Positions 51,655-64,000 of a stretch of DNA of 64,000 nucleotides are shown piece after piece (the stretch's first letter is position 1; the number at the start of each line of letters is the position of its first letter). This DNA comes from Tubulanus polymorphus (Eukaryota > Animalia > Nemertea), in contig NC_134030.1 of the NCBI RefSeq assembly GCF_964204645.1, forward strand, positions 11,615,947-11,679,946, in the 5' to 3' direction. The notes below the pieces were generated by a model. It worked only from the letters and a program-made list of their open reading frames with translations. It had not been told where the DNA came from and did not search any database. The translations under genes were made by a program, and so were the position numbers.

Positions 51655-52740
51655 TAATACTGTGCCCCGGTGTTTTAGCTTCCGGCCACCGCGAAACTCT
51701 ATCAACTGTACCACATACCCCTGTTTGTTCAGCTACCAATTTTAACAAGAGATCTGGGGAATTGAAGAAATTATCAATGTATACATGGTGACCTCGGTTA
51801 TAATAATTCTGAACAAGATCAGTTACAACTCTGTAACCAAGGCCGTGTTCAATGTTGTCCGATTTGCCAGTGTAAACCTTCCAGTCCAGACAATAACCAG
51901 TTCAACTGTCGGCTATTGCCCATACTTTGATTCCCCACACTTTGATTCCCCACTTTACAGGCTTTTTGGGGAGGTACTGGCGGAAAAAAACACACCCTTT
52001 GAACTTGACCATGCTTTCGTCTACTGATGATTCACGGTGCGGTACGAAGTACTGCCTATATTTTGGTAGACAAATATCAAGAAGTGGTTTGATCTTGAAG
52101 AGTGGGTCATATCCAGGCTGACCTTTCTCTACTCTCTGGGAATTATCAGCAAAATGCACGAAAGTGGTTATTAGCTGGAATCGGTTACGACTGATCAGTT
52201 CATTGAAACCACGAGTTTGGAGTAACCAATGTGAATTGAAGTAAAACTCAATAGAAGGTTTGGGACACATACCCATTGCTATATGTAAAGCTGTAACTAT
52301 TTTGATTTCATTCAAATCAACTTCTTTCCATGATAGATATCTTGATTTTGCAGGAAATACATCAGGTGTGTCAAAAAATTGTTCGGCATACCTATTAGTC
52401 TCTTGCACAATGAGTTCGAAAACTTCATCAGGATTAAAAAGTTTGAAAAGTTCTACCGGAGGAAGATCCTCTAGTCCTGCTATCCCACCAGGGTTCATCG
52501 TATAAGCTGGCCACCATATTGGAACAGTACCATCATGACCAGCATTCCTCGGAATAACTGGCGCGTTTCTCTGTACACCACCTCGAGCACCACCACGTCC
52601 ACGGATTCGTTGACGGCGAGCAGGGACTTGTACTCGTCCAACATTTGCGCCACGACCATGTCCTCGCCCTCGTCCCCTTGGACGTGCTGGGGGCCTTCCT
52701 CTGGCTCTTCTATTAGTTACTGGTGCAGCAGGAGGGGTAG
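51655..52740 (-). pseudogene. piggyBac (PGBD4-like) transposase, truncated
   Basis: IVQETNRYAEQ, SRNRFQLI, DPLFKIKPL, SVDESMVKFKG, QYLPKKPVKWGIK; premature stop at 51902, then TGYCLDWKVYTGK...VYIDNFFNS. Confidence 0.92.
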
Positions 52741-53955
52741 GTGACCTGATAGCTTTGGCAATATCAGTTATACTGATATATCTTCTGTAACCACGACTTG
52801 CTGTGCCAACATCCATCGATACAAAGGATTTGAATTTGGCCGCATTGTGCAGAAATATAACTTATATATCAGTATCAGGTGCTCTAAGAACGATATTCTT
52901 AGTAATCTGTGAATGGTGCACCGCATGTAGACAGAGTCTAGTGTCAGCGTCTGGTTGATTGTAGCTTAATTCTAACACTTCATCTTTAACAACTTGTTCA
53001 TCAATACTGGTAACAGAAATTTTGTAGCAAGATTCTCCTACACCAATGTATAATTGCTTTAGCCTAATAATTCTGCGTAGTCCTGCGAGCGCCAGTCTTC
53101 CAGAAGAAAACCAGGCAGTTGTTGTTTGAAGGTTGTAGACTTGAGTGCTTTAGTAAAATCCTTCGGTCGAATCTGTTCTGGTCCACAGATGGTATAGATT
53201 GAGGACTCAGCTCCATGGCGTTCATGTTCTGATGGTTTAATCCATGGGCTTTCGTAAGTATCGAAAACTATGTCTATCTTGCTAGATGTTGCTTTTGTGG
53301 TTGCGATGAGTATTGCTTGTGACAAACCACCATATGTAGCGGGTGAATCGGTGGTAAGACGTGTTGCAAGAAGTTTCCATCTATAAGAGTGGACGTAACT
53401 GTTGTTGACTCTCCATGATTTTCAACCTTAGCTTCTAGTATATCGAAAAAGACACTTTTCTCTGTGTGTGCCATCTGTTCTGCATAAAAAAGAGGAACTG
53501 AAGTCAGCAGGTATTGGAGAAGAAACTTCAGAGCAATTTCCTTCTGGGATGCTATCAAAGCTATGCGACCAAACATGTCCCTGGTACATCGTAATTCTTG
53601 AATGACTGGGTTCTGTGCCCTCTTGTTTTTAGCTCCTGGCATGGAGAAAGTGACTAAAGGATGCTTCTCTATGGCACGATCAAATCGAGATGCATCTGCA
53701 GCGCATTCATTCATGAAAGCATCATGGCGCTTTTTTCCCTGTTCACAGAGGTTCAATAATGAGTTAGAGACTGATTGACTTGCACTCTTTCCAGCATGTA
53801 TGTTTATGAGATCTGCACGATCTAAGTTGAACGGGTTGGCTGTATTCTGTATCATCGTGAGAATTTTCTGAAGATCTGAGTTGTCACGTTTTTTACGCTT
53901 ATCAAAGACCTCTGCATGTGTAAAACCACTTTTAACAATTCCAGTCATTTGCAAT
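52741..53955 (-). pseudogene. Academ-like transposase fragment (XPG/PIN-like region)
   Basis: IDGNFLQH, IDIVFDTY, NQPDADTRLCLHA, VLRAPDTDI motifs with frameshifts and stops. Confidence 0.6.
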
Positions 53956-53959
53956 GTTG

Positions 53960-54065
53960 CGCCAACAAACGCAGCTCTGCTGCGAGATAGGTCGGGCTGT
54001 CGACTTCAGTTGCCTACGGCAGTCCCCCAGTGTGTCGACTACAGTCGCCTATGGCTAGTTAAGGG
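53960..54065 (-). mobile_element. piggyBac 5' terminus
   Basis: Minus strand TTAA-CCCTT followed by a repeated GACTGTAGTCGAC-type palindrome. Confidence 0.6.
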
Positions 54066-54171
54066 TTAAAGGCTTAAAGTTTAATGAACCCTGTTTTGGC
54101 CTTCAGTCAAAGTTGGTCGAGACACTGCTGTTTTACTAGCAGACCTGACGGTTAAAATGATTAATGAATAC

Positions 54172-54486
54172 ACTGACCATGAATGCAAAGTTGTAGTTCA
54201 TGACATGTTCTATAATTGTGTGAGTTTCAAGTTCATTGGGTTTTGCATATAGTCACCAGGGGGCGTTGAATAGTAGAATAAGTTGGTATTATTAAATTGG
54301 TAACGAGGCATATTTTGTTATCACAATGAATTGCGTTGCTGCCGGCATGTTCTATGATAATGGTGAGTTTAAAGGTCATTGGTTTTTGTATATGGCCACC
54401 AAGGGGCAATGAATATTGAAATCTTTAGATTGTTGAGCATTTGAAACCATTTCCCAAGTGGGCATGGTGTCCTTGGAGCCCTAGTT
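54172..54486 (+). mobile_element. HINE 3' part, copy G
   Basis: Two units nearly identical to the reverse complement of 24120-24390; 3' end cccaagtgggcatggtgtccttggagccctagtt. Confidence 0.82.
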
Positions 54487-54579
54487 TAAGAATAGGCTTA
54501 ACAACAGATGACTTATAGTTTTCTGGAAATGTCCTTGAATTAAGCAAACTGTTGATTGTGTCTGTAAGGGTAGTTATGA

Positions 54580-55420
54580 AGTAGGGTAGCTGTACCCCGG
54601 TCAGACAAAAATAAAGGTTTTTAGTTATAGCCCTTAGCTACTTACTATTAGAAAGATCATGCATCAAATATAAGAGCCAAAATTCTTTTTTGAATGAATT
54701 ATGCAAATGAGTATTCAAATGGCCGCCAACCTTCGGAAAACATAAAATCTTTCAAACACTCTATCTTGGAAAGTATTAATCATATTGTTATTAAAGTTCC
54801 ACTTTCTCTACCGTTAGGAAGGATCATGTTCTTTTGCATGTTGAAAGTTCTTTTTTTACCACGAAGCACCCCACGAAGCAACTAATCGCACTAAATGTAG
54901 CATCTTCAATGACAGTATGACTAACAAATATCTCCAAATCAGTTTGTTTAGACATGCATTATTATTTTGTGTTATGCCATGGAGACGCTTACGGAGGTGA
55001 TGTAAGATCACCATAGATTAGTTCAACGAGTTCAGTAATCTATTCAGGTAGTCCATAGCGTTGTTTGAAACTGTCAGGATACTGGTTGTACTTACACCAG
55101 CTATCATCACCACTGGGGCATTTGTAATGTTCTGGATATGCGTCTCTACTTGTAAGACGGTAGAGACTAGCCATCAGGTTTGTCTGCATTTCTACGATAT
55201 TTCCTTCATTTTGCCTAGTAGCAAGTCCAAAGGAGTTCTGGAGGACATCAATCGTTGTCTTAGTCAGTCGACCAGCACCACCTATACCCTTGCCATCGGA
55301 GAGCTTTTTGCCTTTATAACTGGTCTTCACTTTCCGTAACCGAGACCCTAAATGCTTTTGGACATGCATTCTACTTTCTCAATCCGAGTATCTCCATATG
55401 GTTTGCTGACATACGGAAGC
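54580..55420 (-). mobile_element. Mutator/Kolobok-like DDE transposase fragment
   Basis: HVQKHLGSRLR...LSDGKGIGGAGRLT...IDVLQNSFGLATRQN...HYKCPSGDDSWCKY. Confidence 0.75.
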
Positions 55421-57189
55421 TTATCGGTACACACCCTTTTTATCCCATCATGCATGGATTCACTCATTGAACGCTTGCATAATGGCATGTAATGTTTTTG
55501 TGCATTTTCCATTATTTTCATCAACAGATGAGTGATTTTATGTGATCGCGTCGTGCATTTGGTTCGGCAGGATTGCTATGACACACATGCAGTGCTCTAT
55601 GGAAAAGCGTAGCGACCCTGTCTCTCAACATTGCTGCACGGAAGAAAAGTTGATTTGTCCAGCTGTTTATTGATCAGAAGTCCTGCACTGTTATTAGTAT
55701 GACAATACCGATGTTTAAAACCAAGGCCAGCAGTATATCAAATTCCTCACTCGTTGTCAGCACCCATTTCTGCAATCCTGAGTTTGGCCTCAGGACATCA
55801 TTATGCAGCTTTTCAATGCTAAAATATGAAACGAAATACCTAATGAAATGCTAAACTACGAAACGAAATGGCCATTCTTTTGTGTGTCCTATACCTTTAC
55901 CTAATATCGTTTCAACATTCAGCCCTACATGGACCCCGTGAAATACAGTATATCAGCATCACCAGAAATGAGAATTCCCCGCGGATTTCGGTATTGAAAA
56001 ATATCAATTTTCCAAATAGTCCATAAATGATGTAAAAGTATAGGGGGGGGGGGGGGGAGGGTGATGAATTCACTCAACTGGTCCTGTACGATTGGTGATC
56101 GGTTGAACCGTAAAAGCGTTCAGTGCTTGTTTTACTTATCGTCGCGTAGTGAATTTTAATGCATATTCATTGCAGCACAGATTTTTTATCTACTATGATG
56201 TTCCGTATTGTATCGATCGGTTACGGACAGACACCAGCGCAGCAACAGAAGTAATGTATATTGGCCTTACTGTTGCCGCGCACGTACAGGGAGAACGCCT
56301 TCAGATATTACACTGTGGATGATTTTTAGTGAGCATTCATCGGCGAATTTTTACTGCAAATTCAGGGCTCGATCCGTAATGCGTAAAATGCTGATTGTCA
56401 TTGAATGAGGATGTGCCACATTGGAAATAGCCATTGCCTTCCAAAATATAATAGTCATTCAATAGGTTCAAGTTCGCTCTTAAGTGCTAGGATAACGGTT
56501 TTAATTTCTAAAATTTTCCAATCTAACACTAAGAAAGCGAAGAAATTTGCAATTAAGAGTCAGCTTTGAAGTCTTTTTGCATACGAGAGTATATGTATAT
56601 TCCGAGGATACCTAAGTCACTGTTGATAAAGGAAAGTGTCAGAACTAATTTTCAAGTTGAAACATTATACTTAGACAGCGTTTTAAGCAATATAGCAGCA
56701 AAGGACTCATGAGATAAGTTAGTCCACAAAATAGTCAAAGTAAGAAATTAATCAACAAAAACTTGAATTCCATGCTTAAATTTAAATATATTTTAAGTTA
56801 TCGGCGTTCTTTTAGAATTTATACAAAGAACCAAATCCAGAAGATTTAAGAGAAGTGAATGACCAGAATGGGAAAACTTTAGTATTATTCGCTCTTGAAT
56901 GTAGTAGTTGCCTGACCTCAGTTACAGAAGGGTTGAGCGCATAGAAACCACAAGGTTCCAGATCTGCGATGGTATGAACTGTCTGATGCACCGCGATCAT
57001 AACCAATGTTTATCACCTATCATGTCATTGAATCTGTGCTGCGATCTGTCAAGGAAAGCAAGCATAGAAAATAATGATAGCAACATATAATAGCTTACAA
57101 ATTACATAACACTAAAAGAATTTTAAACAATTGTTCAGTTAGTGTTTATTGATAGGTGTTCTTTCAAACAATTTGGTTTAAAAAAAGGG

Positions 57190-57665
57190 TCATGGATGAT
57201 GGCATGTGCTCTTTAAATCTTCCAAATGTCTTCAATTTTGGCATGAGTATGTGTCTGTGAGAAATTGAATGGTTCATAGGGCCTTGTATTCGGGTTGTGG
57301 TATGGTACAATCATGTACTGTTTACTGGCGTGTCCACCATCACCAAGCAAAACAGCTGGATTATCCTCCAAGTACCTACAAAATAAAAACCGAGAGGCAC
57401 TGACAAACTGAACTTTTATAATAAAGATAATGATTTTCTTTGTACTCCACGACGTTTCAGAGCAGATGAATCAGTAGAAAATAGAGTCCAGAATTAGGGA
57501 CAGGAAGTTCAATCGTAAGTGAATATATTAAAAGCACTGGTTAAGGATATACCGTAGTTAAAAACTGACGTGACAAGCGAGCTGTCGTGAATCATCCGCC
57601 AGGCCCTAGTTGAACTGTCTTGAGTGGCTCAATGCCATCGAGCTACTAGATTTGTGAATAATCCT
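57190..57665 (-). pseudogene. Harbinger/HARBI1-like transposase remnant with intron-like gaps
   Basis: ttctcag|GLFTNLVARW..ATQDS and ttttgtag|YLEDNPAVLLGDGGH...MIVPYHNPNT...TFGRFK, decayed versions of the WPGS.HDS and LGDSGY motifs. Confidence 0.6.
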
Positions 57666-58399
57666 GAGAAAATGATAAAAAAATATTTAACGTGTACCGG
57701 TGATATTATATTATAGTTTGGCCTTACTAGAAATCATCAACAAAGGAAAACTGGTGTGGCCTTAGCCGGGCTGTACACTGGGTCTAATAAATATTGACCA
57801 GGCAGCTCTGGGTACTTTTTTATAAATCTATTGGACAGGCTGATAGATAATGTATGTAGTCCCAACCTGGGATCAGTGTTCTACAAATTACCACATAGGA
57901 CAGTTGTGTACATGGAAGTATGGAATGAATTGAATTCAAAAGGCTATAGGAATATTTATCTCAGGGAATACAAGAGGTAGGATTATTTCATAACTCCGAA
58001 ACTGGGTCTAACGATTTTCCTCTATGGTCACATATTGCCTGGCAGTTTATCAAATGATATCTCTTTCGATTCACAAAATCTTCTTCATGGTGGTGGGGCC
58101 ACTGAATACAGATGTGCGTACAGTCTATGCACCTTATCACACAAGGAAATCCTTTAAATTTTTAACCCAGTGGTCAAAGATAAAACTACCCAACCTAGAG
58201 GCTTACTTTAGCAGCTAGGTTCGATATATTTGACCCTAGGGTTAAATTTAGCACCGAACTATTAGACCGAACTAACCCTAACCCTAGGGTTATCAGAGTT
58301 AGCCCCTGGGTTAAAAGTTAATACTAGTCTATAAAACCAGCCTTGATCTCTTTGTGACGCACATGGCTTATGTGAAAGCGTATATGGTCATCTTGTAAC

Positions 58400-59640
58400 T
58401 AAGAGTAGTTTCGGCAACGCCGTTGATAAACTTGCTTGAACAATGGTTTGCGTGTCAGTTTTTCTTTTTCAATTTGACCAATGTTTTTAAAAGTATTTTC
58501 GTTGCAATTGGATTCTATTTCAATGGTTTTGATGTTTTTTTTGTGGTTTTCAGTTACAGGATAACTGATTTTTCTTTTAACACTACATACTTCATTTTCG
58601 GCAATGATTTCGTAGATCTTGCAGGTGTGAGGTCGAGCGATTTTACTGGAGCCTTTTGAAAGAGGTCTTTCAAAGCATTCCTATTGTCAGTCCTCGTTTT
58701 CCCAAACACCTTCGGTGTGTTTTGCCATTTTTCAGTGGCCAAAGTGATCGATTTTCTCAACTTTTGGGCATTTTTGATGAAATATTTCTTGCAGCGCCCC
58801 GTTTCTTTTATTGTTTCGTCAGATTCTGTAGGATTAGCATCTGCAGATCTCTCATCATTCAGGTCACTTAATGTGTCTACAATATCAACTGGCTCCTGTA
58901 TGCTTTTTTGATGATTCTTCTTTTGCTGAGACTCATACAGTGATAATAAGACTATGCATATGATGTGATAAAATTTCATGTACTGATCAAGATTTGCTCA
59001 GTTCAACAGCAGACTGAAAAAATACATTCCATATTGATAATTGGCCTTCTAGCAATGTACCTATGCATCTTCCATCAAATGACAGGCGCCGACGTGCATC
59101 AATGATATTTGATAGTCGTCAGTTGATGGATGCCTTGCCCTCAGGGGTACGATGGCAACGTTTTAGGTGATCTTCCATTGTCTCGAAATTAGATACTTTC
59201 AGAAATCCTTGCGTGAATCCTACACTCCTATACAGGAAATCATTTTTGGCATTACTGTATTTTTATATCCATATTTCGACTTCTTTGATAAGGAAATTGT
59301 GACAACCTTTGTTCCATCATTACTTGTGTCTGATTGTCGGTTATCACTTCTGCTACTGCCAGGGGGATATTTCTGCCTGTTACCGGATTTGCCAAAACGA
59401 TAGCGTGATGAAAATGATCTGGCTTTCCTGGGTCTTTCCGAACCACTGAACCCATTGCATCGTAAAATATTGTATTTTTGCAGCCATATGAAATGCATAC
59501 ACCAGCTTCCGAAAAAAATTATCACGCATGAAGGTTAAACTGATCGATTGAATACAGCCGTTTTTACATTTTCTGCGAAGAAAGGGTCAGCAACCCTGGC
59601 ACCTTTCTTCAGGGGAATTTTAGGAACTGAACGCCCTTTG
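58400..59640 (-). pseudogene. decayed Mutator/NOF-like transposase region
   Basis: TIFYDAMGSVVRK...HAIVL...IPLAVAEVIT resembles the DATGS motif of NOF/MULE-like proteins; fragmented frames. Confidence 0.4.
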
Positions 59641-60270
59641 ATCACAGCGCAATTGCCGTAGGGTCAGTATGCTGGAAATGCCGGTATGTCGGGAGTGATG
59701 GTATATCGGTAAGTAAAGTAAAAGTTGCTGCACATGCGCAGTGATTTCCGCCGCATCAATACGGTCACAGGCAAAATGAAGCCGTTTCATCCCTAGTTCT
59801 TTTTATATAGTACAGCATAACGACCGCCTGATAATGATCCCTAACGACCAATTGTTAGTCGGAACTTTATAGCGGATAAATAAAGAATATCAGCACAAGG
59901 TATTTCTGTGAATTTATTTGCATTTCAAATTTAGCGCCATTCTCGCGAGATTTTCAACAACCTGGAAGTAAAATCCAAGCCAGTTTACAAGTTTCGGTTC
60001 ATTGTCGAGTCTTCGGTTGACTCCATTGATGTTGATTCTTCTGTGTGATCGTGGTCTGACGCTGCTTCGGACAGACCTGCTTTCGACTTTTCTATGTTTG
60101 TGACGATTGGGGGACGGTCTTCGGACAGAGCTTCCTTTGACATGCCTGCTTTCAACGATTCGGTATTGGTGTCCAGCGGCGGGGCACCGAGCATGACCAT
60201 GTTTCTTGACCTTTCATGACGACGACATGGTCATGAAGTACCGAATGGTGCCTTTTGTGACACTCCTTGC

Positions 60271-61089
60271 AATACGGGTGACACTCCTTACAAATTCAAG
60301 TTCTTGAATTACTTGTTTGATGGCGCTAGTCAGAACCGGAAATTGGAACCTAAATCCGCCATGTTCTAGTTCATTTGCGATGAAAATCTCTCGCTTCACG
60401 TTTTTAATGACTAACTATACATCGTCACGCATAATCCTTAAAACATGATATCCTACTGCTACGTTGGATACGCTTAAACCTCACTGCAAAGGCTCGAAAT
60501 CACTTTAAATGTTCAAAAATTATCAAAAAACATTTTGCGACAGCTGACGATGTAAAGACTGTTTGCCAGGTATCACAACGTGGCTGCACTTGACGGCACG
60601 ATTTCGATTGTTGGTTCGAGTCTTAGTACTTTTCATATTTTCATTATGAATCTACAAGTGTTGTCCTTCTAAAATCAATTTTATTTCATAATATTATTTC
60701 TTATTTATAAGTGTAGCCTGCAATAAATTCCCATTGATAGAGTCTTGAACTCAACAACAAAGTGATGTAACCCGGCACCAGTCTTCACTTCCGTTAGCTG
60801 CCTCGAGCGTCATCGCTAAATTTGTGATTTTTGGTAATTTTTTTACATTTTTTGTGATATTTAGCATTCGAAGTGAGGTTTTATCAAATTCAACACATTG
60901 TCAGGATATCATTCTTAAAGGATTACGCGTGACAATGTATAGTAAGTGAAATATCGCTAACTAAAAACTTGAAGTGAGAGATTTATTGCAAATGAACTAA
61001 AACATAGCGGATTTAGGTTCCAATTTCCGGTTCTGACTAGAGCATCAAAGGAGAAATTCCAGAACTTGAATTTGTCGATATCCCGTATT
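60271..61089. mobile_element. foldback MITE with long imperfect TIRs
   Basis: 60290-60455 is the reverse complement of ~60900-61075 (ctagtcagaaccggaaattggaacctaaatccgc). Confidence 0.8.
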
Positions 61090-61139
61090 CGTTCGATTCA
61101 ATGGCTTACCTGATGAGGTTTCAGACAGTTATAACGCAA

Positions 61140-62860
61140 GTGATGTGGAGTAAAATCCACAATAATAACGAAACAACAGTCCAAAAATGTAACTGAAGTT
61201 AGTAGTTTATTCAACGTTTCAACTATATCCTAAAAGTCATCTTCAGGAACAATGAAATATGACAGAAATTATGAGGAAAATTAACGTAGAAACAGTTACA
61301 AGCTAAAATAGATTAAAGAGAAGCAAACCAAATGGTAATTATATGATACCATTTCTTTTTATAAGAAAAATTCTTTATTTTAACCATCAAAATTTAGAAT
61401 AAATTTGTTATACATAGATAATATGACAGTTAAATATCGCAATATCTTGGTAAATGCAGTGTAGAAAACGAGAAAGAAAAAAAAGTACCTGGTACAGTCA
61501 TTGCTTGCTAATTTTGTTACAACGATCATAATTTTCAGCAATAAATTTTGCTACTTTTGAAATAATTTGGTGGTTTAAATGAGATGTATAGATACCAGGG
61601 TCACCATATAATAGGTAGTTACATTTTCTGCGTTTTGGGAGTCAACGTAAGTGGGGTCCTACCTGCAGCTGGTCTAGTTCAATTAGGAGATTGGTTAAAG
61701 AAGCCCGATGGTCAGGCTGGTTGCAGAAAATAAAGAAATGCGCGGTGTCGAGCCGCCTTTTACAAAAGTTACAAAGAGGATTTTTGACTAGGAAATTGTG
61801 GTTAAAAAATTACTTTTTAGCAGGAAATCTACTCTTAACCTATTTAGGGCTATCTCCTCTGGGGGTTATAATTTGGAGATCAGTTGTGCTGGTAATATGA
61901 TTTCCAGTGTATTCAAGAGAAACTTTTCTTTTGAAGTTGGTTATTAAATCCAGATCTCTGAAATTTGCTGGGAGTTTATTCCAGACATTCATCAATATGG
62001 CAATAGGCGAAGTCATGAATTTAGCACTTCCAAAGGGAAGTGTAAACGGCAGTGGGTTTTGCACAGTACAGGACCTGGAAAACTGATATTGGGAAAATGG
62101 ATGAATCACCAGAGGGGCGATATCATGGATAACTTGAAACATATAAATCTGGCTTCTTTCTTTACGCCTGACATCTAGAGTTGGCTAATGGCAAAATATG
62201 ACAGCGCTATATGACAAACTATGGGGTAGTTAAATCAAAACATTGGTGAATACAAGTTGAGAGAGACTTAAATTGATGAGTGACAAATAAGAGGTTTAAA
62301 GTTTTTTACATCTAATTTGTGCTCTTTCATACGTTGGTTAAGGTTCTAACCTGTTTGTCCTATACTTTGTCGCAAACTTTACAAGGCATTATACAAATTC
62401 CACAATTGAGACATTCGGATTTTGGTTTGTTTTTAATCAATATGTTGCTAAGTTTATTATTATAATTAAAGATAAGTTGTTTATCTAGTGACCAAGGAGG
62501 AACTTTAGAATTCTCGAGAAAAGGTACATACGGTACAATGATAGGCTGTTCATTGGTAGCCGACGCAGGAATTCTTAAGTTATTTTTTCTAAAATTGGTA
62601 AAAAATGGCCTTTAAGGAGAGCTTTTTTCAAAATGAAATCAGGTAGGCAAAGAAAAATCCTTGAGCTAAACTGAGTTTGATAATGGGGGAAGAGAAAGAA
62701 AAGTAATGAAGGTAGGATTCAACGTTAGTTGGTTTCATATACACCGTGAATTTCCAGAAAGACATACCGTTAAAGATCAAACATCCAGGAAAGTTATTAG
62801 GGTTTTCTGTTATTTCACAGAAAACCCTATTGATATCCGCGTGATTATTATTATTATTAT
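61140..62860 (-). mobile_element. decayed Penelope-like element (RT C-terminus, GIY-YIG endonuclease, 3' pLTR), interrupted by a LINE
   Basis: VYMKPTNVESYLHYFS; GICIMPCKVCDKV..GQTGRTL..RMKEH; pLTR with hammerhead core at 61213-61246 matching the 28771 element. Confidence 0.8.
61350..62195 (-). mobile_element. LINE 3' fragment nested in the Penelope element
   Basis: PTLDVRRK...MFQVIH...VWNKLPANFRDLDLITNFKRKV; aataaag-containing tail near 61375. Confidence 0.65.
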
Positions 62861-63879
62861 TTTCTTCCACACCATTTTTACCAAAAGAACATAGGCTTTG
62901 TTACCTTACTGCTGTTTCATATACAATCCATATGATATCGTTCAGCTCACTGAGATCTACAAATAGCCCGCGTGTTTTTTCACGAATCATCGTTACAAAA
63001 GCGCTGTCGGGCCGTAAACATCGAAAATTTAGCCCCATTCAATGGGGCGACATGTTTTTCGAGTCGTCATCCCGAAATCAACCCGCAGGCCGACTGTCAC
63101 TTCGATTATCAATTCAAGTATAAATGAACTAATTTATTGCCGCAGACTTCACATTCAGTCGCGGTCTTCAAACAGTGAATTTAGCAATAGCCCATTTTCC
63201 TCATCAAATCATATTACCGATACACTGGAAATTTACTACTTTAGATTTTAAAAGCACTGTCGAGCCGTAAACATCGACGAATCGACGTGTGTTACTACAT
63301 CGACGTTCCGTGGATGAGCTGCGAGTTTCTCCTCATCATGAGAATCAAATCGAGTACAAATTAATTTATTACTACCAGTGATTTGGCTGCGGGTTTCAAG
63401 GAGTTAGTTTAACAATACCTATTTTTCTTTACCGAATTAACCGTGTATTTACTAAGATAAATCTTTAGTGTACTGGGGAACCGTAGGCCTAAACTAAACA
63501 GGCCGAAGAGATATGGCGGAGAAAAGTTGTTATGTCGACGAGGTATCAAAATAAAAGAATATATTACTTTATTCGGCCGCGGGCTTCAACCATTTATCAA
63601 TACTCTATATTTCCTACAGTACATACCGATCATTGTCAAATGCACAAGGTATTTACTAAATACAAGTATATAACACTCTCCTATCTGTATGCTAGACTCA
63701 CACTTGACATTCGGAGTAAGCGTTCGCTGTGGGGGAAAGGAGATCGTTCGCTGTGTCGCTGTTTATCGAGTGTGTTTATCGAGTTTTACGCGACCTTAAG
63801 GCTTTAGTATGGTGGCTGATAAGATAAAAAAACACGAATATGCAAATGAGGGCGACATTACGACAAGACAAAACTAAAA

Positions 63880-64000
63880 TAACGCGAGAAAACAATGATT
63901 TTGATTTTGTCGCCCGCGACAATTCATTATTTTGGTTTTGTCGCCCGCGACAATTCAATATTTTGGTTTTATCGCCCACGACAATTCATTACTTTGGTTT
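63880..64000. repeat. ~31-bp tandem repeat running off the window
   Basis: ttttgtcgcccgcgacaattcattattttgg three or more times. Confidence 0.85.

Noticed and set aside
61089-61115. CTGATGAG as a hammerhead start (also 2581, 15220, 33456)
   Set aside because: No stem II followed by GAAA

Overview
AT-rich, intron-containing animal (invertebrate-like) genomic DNA, not prokaryotic; most ORFs in the supplied track are spurious or are single exons. Four host genes can be assembled by hand from GT-AG splice sites with consistent phases: (1) the last five coding exons of HIBCH (+, 4271-14232; 5' exons lie before the window); (2) a 7-exon BTB-BACK protein resembling Drosophila serine-enriched protein/gprs (+, 16018-20750); (3) MRPL40 (-, 5 exons, 33221-20914, about 10 kb first intron); (4) MTERF4 (+, uninterrupted CDS 47031-48077), probably transcribed from a promoter shared head-to-head with MRPL40 at about 33.2-33.5 kb. 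The rest is dense, nested transposon debris: LINE 3' ends, Penelope elements with hammerhead-ribozyme cores, hAT/PIF/piggyBac/Tc1 MITEs, and decayed Kolobok-, Harbinger-, piggyBac-, Academ-, Mutator- and BEL-like coding remnants. Most notable: a Helentron-type non-autonomous element (7-8 copies or fragments) whose internal ~153-bp tandem unit carries a near-consensus CTCF motif; a very young Penelope insertion forming a 216-bp near-perfect hairpin with two hammerhead cores and a 13-bp TSD inside MRPL40 intron 1; the divergent MRPL40/MTERF4 pair (both mitoribosome large-subunit factors); and an in-frame Academ-piggyBac chimera. All identifications come from reading the sequence and recalling family motifs; no searches were run.
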